Assembly: GCA_964621755.1 (NCBI GenBank)
Contig: CAZUPI010000010.1
Location: 4,714-68,713, forward strand
Source of the DNA: an uncultured Ruminococcus sp.
GTDB lineage: Bacteria > Bacillota > Clostridia > Oscillospirales > CAG-272
DNA length: 64,000 nucleotides
Direction of reading: 5' to 3'
The position numbers were made by a program, and so were the translations under genes. The notes under the pieces were generated by a model that was not told the origin of the DNA, did not search any database, and saw only the letters and a list, made by a program, of their open reading frames with translations. Numbering within the stretch: the first letter of the stretch is position 1; every line of letters starts with the position of its first letter. Shown piece after piece: positions 1 to 8,930 of this stretch.

Positions 1-17
1 CTGTATAGGTCGTGGAA

Positions 18-200
18 TCATTTTGTGAAATCCCAGTCTAAGTTCGGATTCTTCTCGTATCTTTCCCAGACGCTGTTCCAGGGCTCATAGGTCTGATACT
101 TTCCTGCGACAAATCCCCAGTTATAACAGCCGATTTTCTCCAGAAAGAACAACGGAAACATTTCCTCGAGACAGAAATCCGTTTTGATTGTCAGTGCCAT
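18..200 (-). CDS. short ORF of unknown function, possibly the C-terminal remnant of a larger enzyme gene
   Basis: 60-codon ORF (ATG 200, stop 18-20). The sequence ...IGCYNWGFVAGKYQTYEPW... reads like the tail of a larger protein. No domain could be assigned. Confidence 0.2.
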   Translation of the reverse strand: MALTIKTDFCLEEMFPLFFLEKIGCYNWGFVAGKYQTYEPWNSVWERYEKNPNLDWDFTK

Positions 201-349
201 AATGAAAGCCGCTGCAAGTTATCCTGTAACAGCTTTTTTCTTACTCAAATATACGCAAATTCGATTACCGAAAGCCTTGATTTATTTCCGATTGTGTTGT
301 ATAATGATGATGTCGAATTCGATAACCCTTTCACATTTTATTTGGAGGT

Positions 350-1132
350 ATGGTTATGTTTATGGAAGAACGCCATCAGGAAATATCAGATACAATCAAA
401 GCAAACGGTAAGATTACCATTGCGGAAATCACAAACAAATATGGCATATCCGATGAGTCCGCACGCAGAGATCTCCGCTTGCTCGAACAGAAAGGAATTT
501 GTAAGAGGACGCACGGAGGCGCCATTTTGATTGGACAGGTCTGTGTAAGGCCGCCGGTCAACCGCGACTTTGACAATATGCCTGTCTTTGACAACTACAG
601 AGAAATCTCACGTGCTGCGGTTAAAATGATTCGTGAGAATGATACAGTGTATTTAACAGGAGGCTCCTTTGGGCATATCATGGTTTCATTTTTGCCCCGA
701 GACATTCACTATACCGTGATTGTGAACTCTGTAGACATCGGTAAAGAGCTCCGGGGCTTTGACAACATAGATGTATATGTTGCCGGAGGAAAGATGCGGC
801 AGAGTGGCTCTCTGGTCGATAGTCTGGCAAATGAATTTGTCAGCCGTCTGCATTTCGACCTTTGTTTTATAACCGGTGCCGGTCTGACAGCGGATTTCGG
901 ACTGTCCAACGGTACGGACGAGACGGCGACATTCCAGCGCACAGTCATCAAGAATAGCCGCAGGAGATGTCTTGTGATTCCGAGTTCCAAGATTGGTATC
1001 GATTCGTTTATCAAGGTATGTGATGTTGATGCCTTTGATTCTATTATCACAGACTGGGATTGCGCAGAGGAGCAGATTACTGCCATTGAGGAAAAGGGCG
1101 TTGGGATTACTGTTGTTGAGGAGCCAAAATGA
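350..1132 (+). CDS. DeoR/GlpR-family transcriptional regulator
   Basis: 260-aa ORF. The N-terminal HTH ITIAEITNKYGISDESARRDLRLLEQKGICKRTHGGA is the DeoR signature, and a sugar-phosphate-sensor-like C-terminal domain follows. GGAGG sits upstream. There are three in-frame ATGs (350/356/362), so the exact start is uncertain. Confidence 0.9.
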   Translation: MVMFMEERHQEISDTIKANGKITIAEITNKYGISDESARRDLRLLEQKGICKRTHGGAILIGQVCVRPPVNRDFDNMPVFDNYREISRAAVKMIRENDTVYLTGGSFGHIMVSFLPRDIHYTVIVNSVDIGKELRGFDNIDVYVAGGKMRQSGSLVDSLANEFVSRLHFDLCFITGAGLTADFGLSNGTDETATFQRTVIKNSRRRCLVIPSSKIGIDSFIKVCDVDAFDSIITDWDCAEEQITAIEEKGVGITVVEEPK

Positions 1133-1341
1133 ACCGCGAGCAGAAGCTGCGGAATTTGATTCTCGACAGATACACGAGCCTTCGCCAGTTTGCTATCGAG
1201 TCAGATATTCCGTACAGTACACTAATGACGATGCTATCCCGCAATATTGGCGGAGCATCCTTTGATGTCGTAATTAAAATCTGCAAAAAATTGGAGATTG
1301 ATCCGTTACAATTTTGTGTTGAAAATCATTCCGAAAAATGA
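1129..1341 (+). CDS. small XRE/Cro-type helix-turn-helix protein
   Basis: 70-aa ORF whose ATG overlaps the DeoR stop (ATGA). HTH segment: LRQFAIESDIPYSTLMTMLSRN. Confidence 0.75.
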   Translation: MNREQKLRNLILDRYTSLRQFAIESDIPYSTLMTMLSRNIGGASFDVVIKICKKLEIDPLQFCVENHSEK

Positions 1342-1513
1342 CCCCTCCGATACCGATCCCCGCCTATGTCATATGGCAATATTCATTGTGTAAACAGATT
1401 GTAAATAACTCCTTCGATTTCACTTTTTCTGATTTTTACTGGTGGAAATTTTGCGGTTGGTTTGCTATAATTAAGGAGAATAATCTATTTTACTGTACTA
1501 AAGAAAGGAGCAG

Positions 1514-2044
1514 ATGAACATGATAGACGCTTTACAGAATATTTTGACACGCCGCAGTATCCGGCAATTCACCGACCGTCCGATTTCCGAAGAGGACCTT
1601 CATGCAATTCTCACTGCCGGGATGTCCGGCCCGAGCTGCGTAAACGCTCGTGACTGGCATTTTCTTGTGGTGCAGGACCGGGATATCCTCGGTAAAATGG
1701 CGGATGCCAATGGACGTCCTGCGGAACCTCTTCGCCAGGCGGCTGCGGGCATTCTGATTCTCGGAGATTTGGATCGGGCCTTCGAACATGCTCCGGATTA
1801 TTGGATTATCGACGCTTCCATTGCCGGGCAGAACATGACGCTGGCCGCTCATGCACTGGGAATCGGTTCTGTCTGGCTCGGAACATACCCGCAGATGCGC
1901 CGGGTGGAAGCTCAGCGGACCCTCTTTGATTTGCCGGAGACCGTAGTTCCTCATTCGATTCTCGCACTTGGCTACCCTGCTGAAGAGAAAGAGCAATCGA
2001 GAGAGTTATACGAAAAAGATCGCGTTCACTTCGAACGTTGGTAA
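1514..2044 (+). CDS. nitroreductase-family protein
   Basis: 176-aa ORF with an AAAGGAG RBS. The N-terminal TRRSIRQF motif and overall layout are typical of NAD(P)H nitroreductases. Confidence 0.9.
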   Translation: MNMIDALQNILTRRSIRQFTDRPISEEDLHAILTAGMSGPSCVNARDWHFLVVQDRDILGKMADANGRPAEPLRQAAAGILILGDLDRAFEHAPDYWIIDASIAGQNMTLAAHALGIGSVWLGTYPQMRRVEAQRTLFDLPETVVPHSILALGYPAEEKEQSRELYEKDRVHFERW

Positions 2045-2083
2045 ACGGATGACATCATAATTTTGAGAGAAGGGAAATGAATC

Positions 2084-3085
2084 ATGAACATTGCAAGAAC
2101 ACTCTATAAGAAGGATGCCCTAGAATACAACGTCTGTTACGTCCATGACGTGGTGTTCGCTGAACGAAACGGCAAGGAGTTGAAATTACAGCTCGTTTGT
2201 CCAGTGTCGCCGGTATGGGACGGTCAGCCGGGTCCTATGACGCCGGTGCAGAAAAAGTTCGCCGAATGGCGCAAAAAGGACGCTGGCGATAAAAAGGCTG
2301 CCGTTCCGAAGCCGCCTATGAAACACGAAGAGCCCCGTTTCCCGCTGATTGTGGATGTACCCGGATCTGGCTGGGGCGGAGCGGAAGGGTACGGTCATGT
2401 CCCATATCTGGTGGACCTTGCCCGTCACGGTTTTGTCGCCGCTGCCATTTCTTATCGTGGAACCTACAAAGATAACGTGGTCTTCCCGGCTGCCGTGCAG
2501 GACACGAAAGAGGCAATCCGGTTCCTCCGGGCGAATGCTGTGAAATACCACATTGATCCGGACCGCGTGGGACTTCTCGGTGACTCCTCCGGCGGGAATA
2601 CCGTGTCCATGGCAGCCCTGACCGGAGATGACGAAGTGGAATTCAACATTGGCGAAAATTTTGATCAGAGCAGTGAAGTGAAGGCTTGCTGCAATTTCTA
2701 TGGTCCTGTTGATCTCCTTGGTTTGCTCTCTGACCGAATCGCCGAGGGAAAGCGGCTCCGCCCGGGTGAGGCGGAAGAAGGGCTGCCCTTTGAGGCAATG
2801 GAAATTTGGCAGGAGGAGTACAAAACCTCCCCTGAGGAGCATCTCCGTCTTGCCAGTCCGCACTACCGGATTGAGAGCGCAAAGCACCTTCCTCCCTTCC
2901 TTTTCATTCAGGGGGAGGAAGACGGCATTATTCCCGTGGCACAGGGGCTCCGCTTCTGCGACAAACTCCGGGAGCACGGAGGCCGGGCAGAGTTTGTGAA
3001 AGTCGTCGGCGCCGGACACGGCGCGGACTGCTGGTCTAAAGAAGCGCTGGAACTTGTCGTGCAGTTCTTCCGGACCTATCTGTGA
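2084..3085 (+). CDS. alpha/beta-hydrolase (esterase/lipase-like)
   Basis: 333-aa ORF. It has a GDSSGGN nucleophile elbow (GxSxG), a PGSGWGG oxyanion-like region and a C-terminal GAGHG. Confidence 0.85.
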   Translation: MNIARTLYKKDALEYNVCYVHDVVFAERNGKELKLQLVCPVSPVWDGQPGPMTPVQKKFAEWRKKDAGDKKAAVPKPPMKHEEPRFPLIVDVPGSGWGGAEGYGHVPYLVDLARHGFVAAAISYRGTYKDNVVFPAAVQDTKEAIRFLRANAVKYHIDPDRVGLLGDSSGGNTVSMAALTGDDEVEFNIGENFDQSSEVKACCNFYGPVDLLGLLSDRIAEGKRLRPGEAEEGLPFEAMEIWQEEYKTSPEEHLRLASPHYRIESAKHLPPFLFIQGEEDGIIPVAQGLRFCDKLREHGGRAEFVKVVGAGHGADCWSKEALELVVQFFRTYL

Positions 3086-3418
3086 AAAAGGTCCTGTCGT
3101 CCTTATCTGTCATTGGATAGAATGCGCTGTTCCAGATTGTGGGAATAGAGCGAAGAATATTGAATCATTTTAAACAACAAACTGGCATCGCATATCAAGT
3201 GGTGTCAGTTTTGAGCTGAATTCTTTCGAGATTGTTACAGCGAAATTTCTCCCAAAGTGAATATAGTTTGCAAACTGATGAATATAGTTGAAGATTTTTT
3301 GTTTTCTATATGTTATAATAATCATAAAGAAATGTATAAGATACTTTATGATTATTCTATATCATCTTACCGTTTCTGCCAATTATTTTTTGGAGGAATA
3401 TCATAATACCTGCGGGAT

Positions 3419-3577
3419 ATGGAAGTCGATTACGGGATTATTCCTATTCCTAAGTATGACGAAAACCAGACTCAGTATATCACCCAGATCGGCACCTCTA
3501 CTTTCGCACTGTTCGTGCCTCTGACTGCACCCAGTCTGGATCTAACCTCCAAGGTGATGGAATCGCTGGCAATATAA
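3419..3577 (+). pseudogene. C-terminal remnant of a sugar ABC-transporter substrate-binding protein
   Basis: A 52-codon frame reads MEVDYGIIPIPKYDENQTQYITQIGTSTFALFVPLTAPSLDLTSKVMESLAI*. This resembles the C-terminal end of family-1 solute-binding proteins. No upstream body of the gene is present. Confidence 0.45.
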
Positions 3578-3579
3578 AA

Positions 3580-3762
3580 TCAGAAGCCTTCGTCCCAACT
3601 TCCAACATTATGATCTGGTGTGGAATCCTGCTCTTTGTAGGCGTATCCATAATCACGGAAAGCTTTGATTTCCTTTGCATCTGTAATATGATTTTCTGCA
3701 AGCCATCGCACCATCTGTCCCCGTGCCATTTTGCAGAGCGTCCCCTTTTCCACAATTTTACA
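3580..3762 (-). pseudogene. C-terminal remnant of a YaaA/DUF328-like (peroxide-stress protein family) gene
   Basis: An alternative minus-strand frame reads KIVEKGTLCKMARGQMVRWLAENHITDAKEIKAFRDYGYAYKEQDS...*. This matches the conserved AKKARG-M-R-ii-E-i tail of the YaaA family. It is joined out of frame to the LysR fragment. Confidence 0.4.
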
Positions 3763-3893
3763 CCGATTTCTTCCTCCATCTGCGCAAGCTGACGGGAAAG
3801 TGTCGGCTGCGTGATATGCAAAACTTCTGAGGCTTTTGTGATGCTTTCTTCCCTGACTACAGTTAGGAAATAACGAAGAACCCTGATTTCCAT
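3741..3893 (-). pseudogene. LysR-family regulator, N-terminal HTH fragment only
   Basis: MEIRVLRYFLTVVREESITKASEVLHITQPTLSRQLAQMEEEIGVKL is a canonical LysR HTH. The frame then runs into unrelated sequence (ORF track 3498-3920), and the effector-binding domain is absent. Confidence 0.7.
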
Positions 3894-4084
3894 ATGCAAA
3901 CTCCTTTCGGTCCTATTCATGCCTTAATAATTTATATTGTATCACATTTATGCTTTTAGAGCAAGTGTAAGGTATCTATTTATGTATTTACTAAAACATA
4001 ATGATAAACAATATGGTTTACATAATATTGCGCATTTAACAGAAATCCCCATCCCTCAGTGATTGAGAGATGAGGATTTACTAA

Positions 4085-4470
4085 TTATGCGGTTATCTGC
4101 GGTATCTCACCGACAAAGTCATAAATAATCATGACCTGCTGGAACTTCTGGCCGTCTATCTCCTGAACCTCGCCCACCGGAATCTTGCTGATCAGCCGGT
4201 TCAGCACCGCTTCGTCCAGATCCTGAATGGCGGCGTACTTGCGGATTTCCCTGATAAATGTCCGCATATCGCTTTCCTGCTCGTCTGTGCGGGCATCACA
4301 TCAAGGCTAAGTCTTTCAGGCGCTTTTGGTTGGCTTCCCGCTCCTGTTCCAGTACCAATGTCAGTTTCATAAACCGCTGTTCCGTCGGAATGCCCTTTGC
4401 CTTATCGGTGTAAAGGCTCATAAACATGCCGCCGATTCCCTGATTTCCCGCCTCCAGCCGTTCACGTTCT
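4085..4470 (-). pseudogene. C-terminal fragments of a large serine recombinase (DUF4368-type tail), disrupted
   Basis: Two minus-strand frames are separated by a stop at ~4293. They read ...LYTDKAKGIPTEQRFMKLTLVLEQEREANQKRLKDL and ...LDEAVLNRLISKIPVGEVQEIDGQKFQQVMIIYDFVGEI, resembling the coiled-coil and C-terminal regions of clostridial large serine recombinases. The catalytic N-terminal domain is missing. Confidence 0.55.
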
Positions 4471-4659
4471 TTCTGATCTGGTTGTCGGTTTAACAGAAGA
4501 TGATTTCGGATCTCTATTGGATGGGGCTGATCGAAAAGTATATTGGGATTTTTGGATTGGAGAACTGTTATGGATTTAAACTGGGAATCAGGCTTATTCT
4601 TGCGGTTGTTGCAGAATGAGCGGATAGGGAACTGCTTTCGGGCGGTTCCCTTTTTTTCC

Positions 4660-5547
4660 GCTTCAATCCACACTCCCGCGAGGGGAGTGACCACAGATGT
4701 TTATACTGCTGCTATCGCTTCATGATTTCAATCCACACTCCCGCGAGGGGAGTGACGTTTTCCCAAAGGTTCATAATTACGGCATCATAATTTCAATCCA
4801 CACTCCCGCGAGGGGAGTGACTGAGCTGTGTATTCTGCAATAGTAGACTTTCTAAATTTCAATCCACACTCCCGCGAGGGGAGTGACTCCTTACTTTATA
4901 AAATTCCGGTTTGCCCGCTTTATTTCAATCCACACTCCCGCGAGGGGAGTGACTGAGCTGTGTATTCTGCAATAGTAGACTTTCTAAATTTCAATCCACA
5001 CTCCCGCGAGGGGAGTGACTCCTTACTTTATAAAATTCCGGTTTGCCCGCTTTATTTCAATCCACACTCCCGCGAGGGGAGTGACTCCATTACATTTACA
5101 AATCCCACCACACTTGTAATTTCAATCCACACTCCCGCGAGGGGAGTGACTGTTGACGAGTCACCGAGTACGGAGGTCATCGCAATTTCAATCCACACTC
5201 CCGCGAGGGGAGTGACCCTTCTTCCTGTTCCGGTAAAATGCAAGATAGCCATTTCAATCCACACTCCCGCGAGGGGAGTGACTCAACGAGCTCTTGTATA
5301 TTATTGCAAATAGGGAATTTCAATCCACACTCCCGCGAGGGGAGTGACCAGATGATATTATAGTGCTCATTGCTGATGATAGTATTTCAATCCACACTCC
5401 CGCGAGGGGAGTGACGGCGGCCAAAAATATAATTACTAATGTTGCTTGATTTCAATCCACACTCCCGCGAGGGGAGTGACAATCTCCTCAATTGCATCTT
5501 GCGTTAAACCATGCGATTTCAATCCACACTCCCGCGAGGGGAGTGAC
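4660..5547 (-). CRISPR. CRISPR array, 14 repeats of 32 nt and 13 spacers of 33-35 nt (11 unique)
   Basis: The plus-strand repeat ATTTCAATCCACACTCCCGCGAGGGGAGTGAC starts at 4660, 4725, 4790, 4856, 4922, 4988, 5054, 5119, 5185, 5251, 5317, 5384, 5449 and 5516. Its reverse complement, GTCACTCCCCTCGCGGGAGTGTGGATTGAAAT, has the type I-C form (7-bp stem, ...ATTGAAAT end). The repeat furthest from cas2 (4660) is degenerate in its last 2 nt, which fits a trailer end. Confidence 0.98.
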
Positions 5548-5710
5548 GGCGTAATCAACAAATTATGCTGATCCGCAATTTGCTGTATTTATGGAACTGC
5601 AACTATGCGTTAGCCCATTTTTATCGGTTCAGCTTCCGATTTTAGGTTTTGGGGCTTTTTTCTGCGTGCGAATCACCTGGGATTTCATGTTTACTTTTGA
5701 TTCGCACCGG
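5548..5710 (-). promoter_or_regulatory. CRISPR leader between the cas2 stop and the first repeat
   Basis: 163-nt non-coding stretch between cas2 (stop 5711) and the newest repeat (5547). It contains a 10-bp inverted repeat, GTGCGAATCA...TGATTCGCAC. No promoter elements were confidently located. Confidence 0.5.
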
Positions 5711-6001
5711 TTACATGATTATTGGAGCGGCGGGGTCGTACGTTTCTTTAACTCCGTAGTGTTCGATTCGGTTGGCATACGAATTTCCAAGGTTATAGAT
5801 TCTCAGGCTGTCGCACTCTTCATTGATAACTTTCAGCAGCTTGTTTCTGACAACAATGAGTTGTGCGTTATCAAGTGAGCATTCGAATACGGAATTTTGT
5901 ACCCGCTGGCCGTAGTTGACGCATATCTTGGCTGCTTTAGCCAGTCTTTTCTTCCCCGCTGCGTCCGTTGTATTCACGTCATATGTAATCAGAACCAACA
6001 T
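5711..6001 (-). CDS. cas2: CRISPR-associated endoribonuclease Cas2
   Basis: 96-aa ORF. MLVLITYDV...KRLAKAAKICVNYGQRVQNSVFEC is the Cas2 ferredoxin-fold signature. It is the last gene before the leader. Confidence 0.95.
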   Translation of the reverse strand: MLVLITYDVNTTDAAGKKRLAKAAKICVNYGQRVQNSVFECSLDNAQLIVVRNKLLKVINEECDSLRIYNLGNSYANRIEHYGVKETYDPAAPIIM

Positions 6002-6010
6002 ACGGATCCC

Positions 6011-7042
6011 TTATTTCCATACAAACGGCGGATAATCATCAATATCACCTCGCAGATACTTTGCCAGCAGCATCGCCTGTACAAATGGGATCATTCCCCA
6101 CTGTATCTTTTCTTTTAGATAGGGATGGATGATCTCTTCGAACTTTTTTTTCTGCCACTGTGTCAGAAATTCTGCCCGAGCCGCATCTGTAAGAAGCACT
6201 GCACCATTTTCCTTTTTGCAGAATGATGATTCGGATACCACTTTTTTGTTGATCATGGTCAGCACAAAGCGATCCACAAACGGCGCGCGAAACTCCTCAA
6301 GAAGATCAAATGCAAGTGAGCATCTCCCGGGACGTTCTGTGTGGAAAAATCCAACATATGGATCAAGTCCTGCACTTTCCAGAGCTGATGTGCACATTGA
6401 TGTCATGAGTGCGTAGCCAAACGAAAGCATTGCGTTGACAGGATCCAGGGGTGGTCGACGGTTCCGGTTATCATATCTGAAAGATTCTTTCTGAGTCAGA
6501 ATCATCTCGTCAAATACGGAAAAATATCGGTTGGCACATTCACCTTCCAAACCTCTGAGTGATTCCGCTGACTCCGTTGAATATGCCCTCACCGCACTGT
6601 ATTTGATATCCGCAGCGACATTTTCGATCTTTGCGGCGTCCACACGTTCGCGGTGGTCGCTCAATGCTCGACGGAGTACAGCCGCACTGTTTGTCATCTT
6701 CGCGGAAAGCATATTCGCTGCGATATGCAGGGAACGCTCCGGATCATCAGCTATTCTGTACTGGGTACGGCGGACAATCACGTTTCCGTAGGTTTTGCCG
6801 ACGCTTCTTGAAAGAAATTTCCCGGATGGTGTAAGAAATGTGATTATAATTCCGTATTCTGCACATTTTCCAAGAAGCGCAGGAGACGCCCCGAGGTATC
6901 CGAACACAACGATACTCTCGAACAGATGCAGAGGTTTACGTCCACGTTCTTCCTTGTTTACTGACAAAACAATATTCTCACCGTCCAGTGAAAGATATGC
7001 ATCCGGGGTGGTGATGTACAGCGTGTTCTGTAATTTTTTCAT
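6011..7042 (-). CDS. cas1: CRISPR-associated endonuclease Cas1 (type I-C)
   Basis: 343-aa ORF with Cas1-like N- and C-terminal blocks (NTLYITTPDAYLSLDGENIVL...; GFFHTERPGRCSLAFDLLEEFR). It sits in the conserved position between cas4 and cas2. Confidence 0.95.
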   Translation of the reverse strand: MKKLQNTLYITTPDAYLSLDGENIVLSVNKEERGRKPLHLFESIVVFGYLGASPALLGKCAEYGIIITFLTPSGKFLSRSVGKTYGNVIVRRTQYRIADDPERSLHIAANMLSAKMTNSAAVLRRALSDHRERVDAAKIENVAADIKYSAVRAYSTESAESLRGLEGECANRYFSVFDEMILTQKESFRYDNRNRRPPLDPVNAMLSFGYALMTSMCTSALESAGLDPYVGFFHTERPGRCSLAFDLLEEFRAPFVDRFVLTMINKKVVSESSFCKKENGAVLLTDAARAEFLTQWQKKKFEEIIHPYLKEKIQWGMIPFVQAMLLAKYLRGDIDDYPPFVWK

Positions 7043-7707
7043 GGTTCAACACTCCCTAGATTTTCATCATTGTACGCTTTAGCCGATTGGATTCTTTCCA
7101 ATTTCGGAATACATTCTTCTTTCAGAGAACAGGCGTTGCAAGCTTTGGTACGTTTAGGACGCGGCAGATACTGTCTGGCATAATACTTGTGCATTTCGGC
7201 GGCATACTTTCGGACAGTGTCACGCAGTTCATCCGTTATACCGACTTTGACACGATGTCTGGTCTCAAAGTAGTACAGTGCTCCTTCATGAATCGTACAG
7301 CACATCATTTCTTCCAGACACATTGCCTGTGCCGTCAGTTGAAGTATATCACATGGATTTTCCTTTGGTGAGCCGCGTTTATACTCCACAGGGTAGACGG
7401 TATACAATCCATCATGCTCCTTCAATGTGATACCCTGTTGTGCATTCCTGCGAAATTCCACCACATCGCATTCGCCGGACAGCCCCAGTGTATGTGAAAA
7501 AATCGGCATAGCCCGGGATATAATGATCTCTCCTCTCGATTCGGAGCGGTACACATCATGCGCATTATCATGCAGTATCTTTCCTTCTGTCGTACGTTCG
7601 TTTTCTGCCCAGATATCATCAATATGGATCAGAGCCCACTGCCTGCGGCAAAATGCAAAATGCTGGATTCCCGACAGCATCAGGTAGCTATCTTCGTTAT
7701 ATTCCAT
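7039..7707 (-). CDS. cas4: CRISPR-associated exonuclease Cas4
   Basis: It has the RecB-like block plus an N-terminal Cys (FAFCRRQW) and a C-terminal CNACSLKEEC cluster. I place the start at ATG 7707 (MEYNEDSYLML...) because the ORF-track start at 7785 would overlap cas7 by 89 nt. Confidence 0.9.
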   Translation of the reverse strand: MEYNEDSYLMLSGIQHFAFCRRQWALIHIDDIWAENERTTEGKILHDNAHDVYRSESRGEIIISRAMPIFSHTLGLSGECDVVEFRRNAQQGITLKEHDGLYTVYPVEYKRGSPKENPCDILQLTAQAMCLEEMMCCTIHEGALYYFETRHRVKVGITDELRDTVRKYAAEMHKYYARQYLPRPKRTKACNACSLKEECIPKLERIQSAKAYNDENLGSVEP

Positions 7708-8542
7708 CGATAACCTCAAGTGCAAGATCCGGGAGCGAATCAACAGTGATGGTATAATCCCTTGCAGAAGAGGGTTCTGAAACACCTTCGTTCAGCTTAA
7801 CATTCAGCAGTTTATGTACCTTAGCAGAGGAATACTGACCGTCCTTGCAGTTGTGTCTCCACCAGTACAGCTTTACAACTTCCATGGAACCATCGGGTCT
7901 TGCGGAGGAGGCATCATTTACGAACAGAGTACGAAGACACTCTTTGACGATTTCAGCATCTTCTTCGGTGAAACCGGTCTTTTCCGCAAGTTGTACATTG
8001 ATGGAGCCTTTGATTTTGTACAGACCGAAGCGCACAAAATGCTTCATGCCCATGGTATCCGACGCCTTCTTGTCGCCCTTGTCGCCGGGTTCACCGTTGA
8101 CACTTTTGGTGATTTGGATGGATTGGATTTCCACAGGAGACACACTGACGGCCTGATGAATGGACACAGGACCTCTAACACCGACGGATACGCTGTCGGA
8201 CTTGAATGCGAATACCTGACCGAAGGTGCGTACATCCAGCCATTCAGCACAGGCTTTCTGTGAATAGTCATCTTTTGTTTTCACTTTGCCGATTGTCTTG
8301 GAGGCACGTTCCCTGAGGCTGGTGAATTCGTCGTCCGTTCTATCATCGGACTGTACAAAGATTTTATTTCCCATATCCTGCATACGGTTGCGGATCTTTC
8401 TTTTGATGCACACATCGGACATCTCACCGAAGCCGTTGTAATCCGTTCTCGGACGGTTGCCGTTCAGCGGATCCCCGTTAACATTGGCCATATTTGCGGA
8501 AATCAGTACGATAAAATCGATCTTATTTGCAAGCTTACTCAT
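7697..8542 (-). CDS. cas7: Cas7 (Csd2), type I-C Cascade backbone subunit
   Basis: 281-aa ORF. The N-terminal ISANMANVNGDPLNGNRPRTD matches the Csd2/Cas7 signature (NPNGDP-like). It occupies the expected position in the I-C operon. Confidence 0.92.
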   Translation of the reverse strand: MSKLANKIDFIVLISANMANVNGDPLNGNRPRTDYNGFGEMSDVCIKRKIRNRMQDMGNKIFVQSDDRTDDEFTSLRERASKTIGKVKTKDDYSQKACAEWLDVRTFGQVFAFKSDSVSVGVRGPVSIHQAVSVSPVEIQSIQITKSVNGEPGDKGDKKASDTMGMKHFVRFGLYKIKGSINVQLAEKTGFTEEDAEIVKECLRTLFVNDASSARPDGSMEVVKLYWWRHNCKDGQYSSAKVHKLLNVKLNEGVSEPSSARDYTITVDSLPDLALEVIDGI

Positions 8543-8930
8543 TTTCAGATTCCTCCGTTTCAGTCATTTCTTTATTTTTTGTGTAAAGTGCGTTTTTCTG
8601 AAGATAGTAGCCGATGATGTATGTCTCTTTCAAAGGGGAATTCCATTCGCTTTCAGGATGATTGGAAATATTTTCGTATATTTCGCCAATCAAGCGGTCA
8701 TAGAACATCCGAATTCCCGGTTTCAGTTTATGATAATATCCGTTTTTTAGCTGCTCAATAATGATTTTTGCAGTCTGTGCCGGATGAGTAGAGTATGCGG
8801 ACTGCATACGGATAGCGTTGGTATCCCTATTTTCTGCGTTGTCATAGGTATCCTTCTCCGCTTTTTCCAGCACAGCCAGCAGTCTGCCGTACTGATAACT
8901 GATATCGTTTTTATCTTTTTCCAGAGCCAT
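8535..8930 (-). CDS. cas11: probable internally translated Cas11c small subunit (in frame within the cas8c 3' end)
   Basis: An in-frame ATG at 8930 (MALEKDKNDISYQYG..., 131 aa to the shared stop) is preceded by AACAGGAGGAATACGAT, a canonical AGGAGG RBS 7 nt upstream. Type I-C systems are known to make Cas11 from an internal start in cas8c. Confidence 0.6.
   Translation of the reverse strand: MALEKDKNDISYQYGRLLAVLEKAEKDTYDNAENRDTNAIRMQSAYSTHPAQTAKIIIEQLKNGYYHKLKPGIRMFYDRLIGEIYENISNHPESEWNSPLKETYIIGYYLQKNALYTKNKEMTETEESENE

Noticed and set aside
4296-5313. ORFs 4296-4694, 4960-5313 and 5052-5264 spanning the CRISPR array
   Set aside because: Their periodic peptide motifs (ISIHTPARGVT / TPLAGVWIE) are simply translations of the 32-nt repeat. 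They are not genes.
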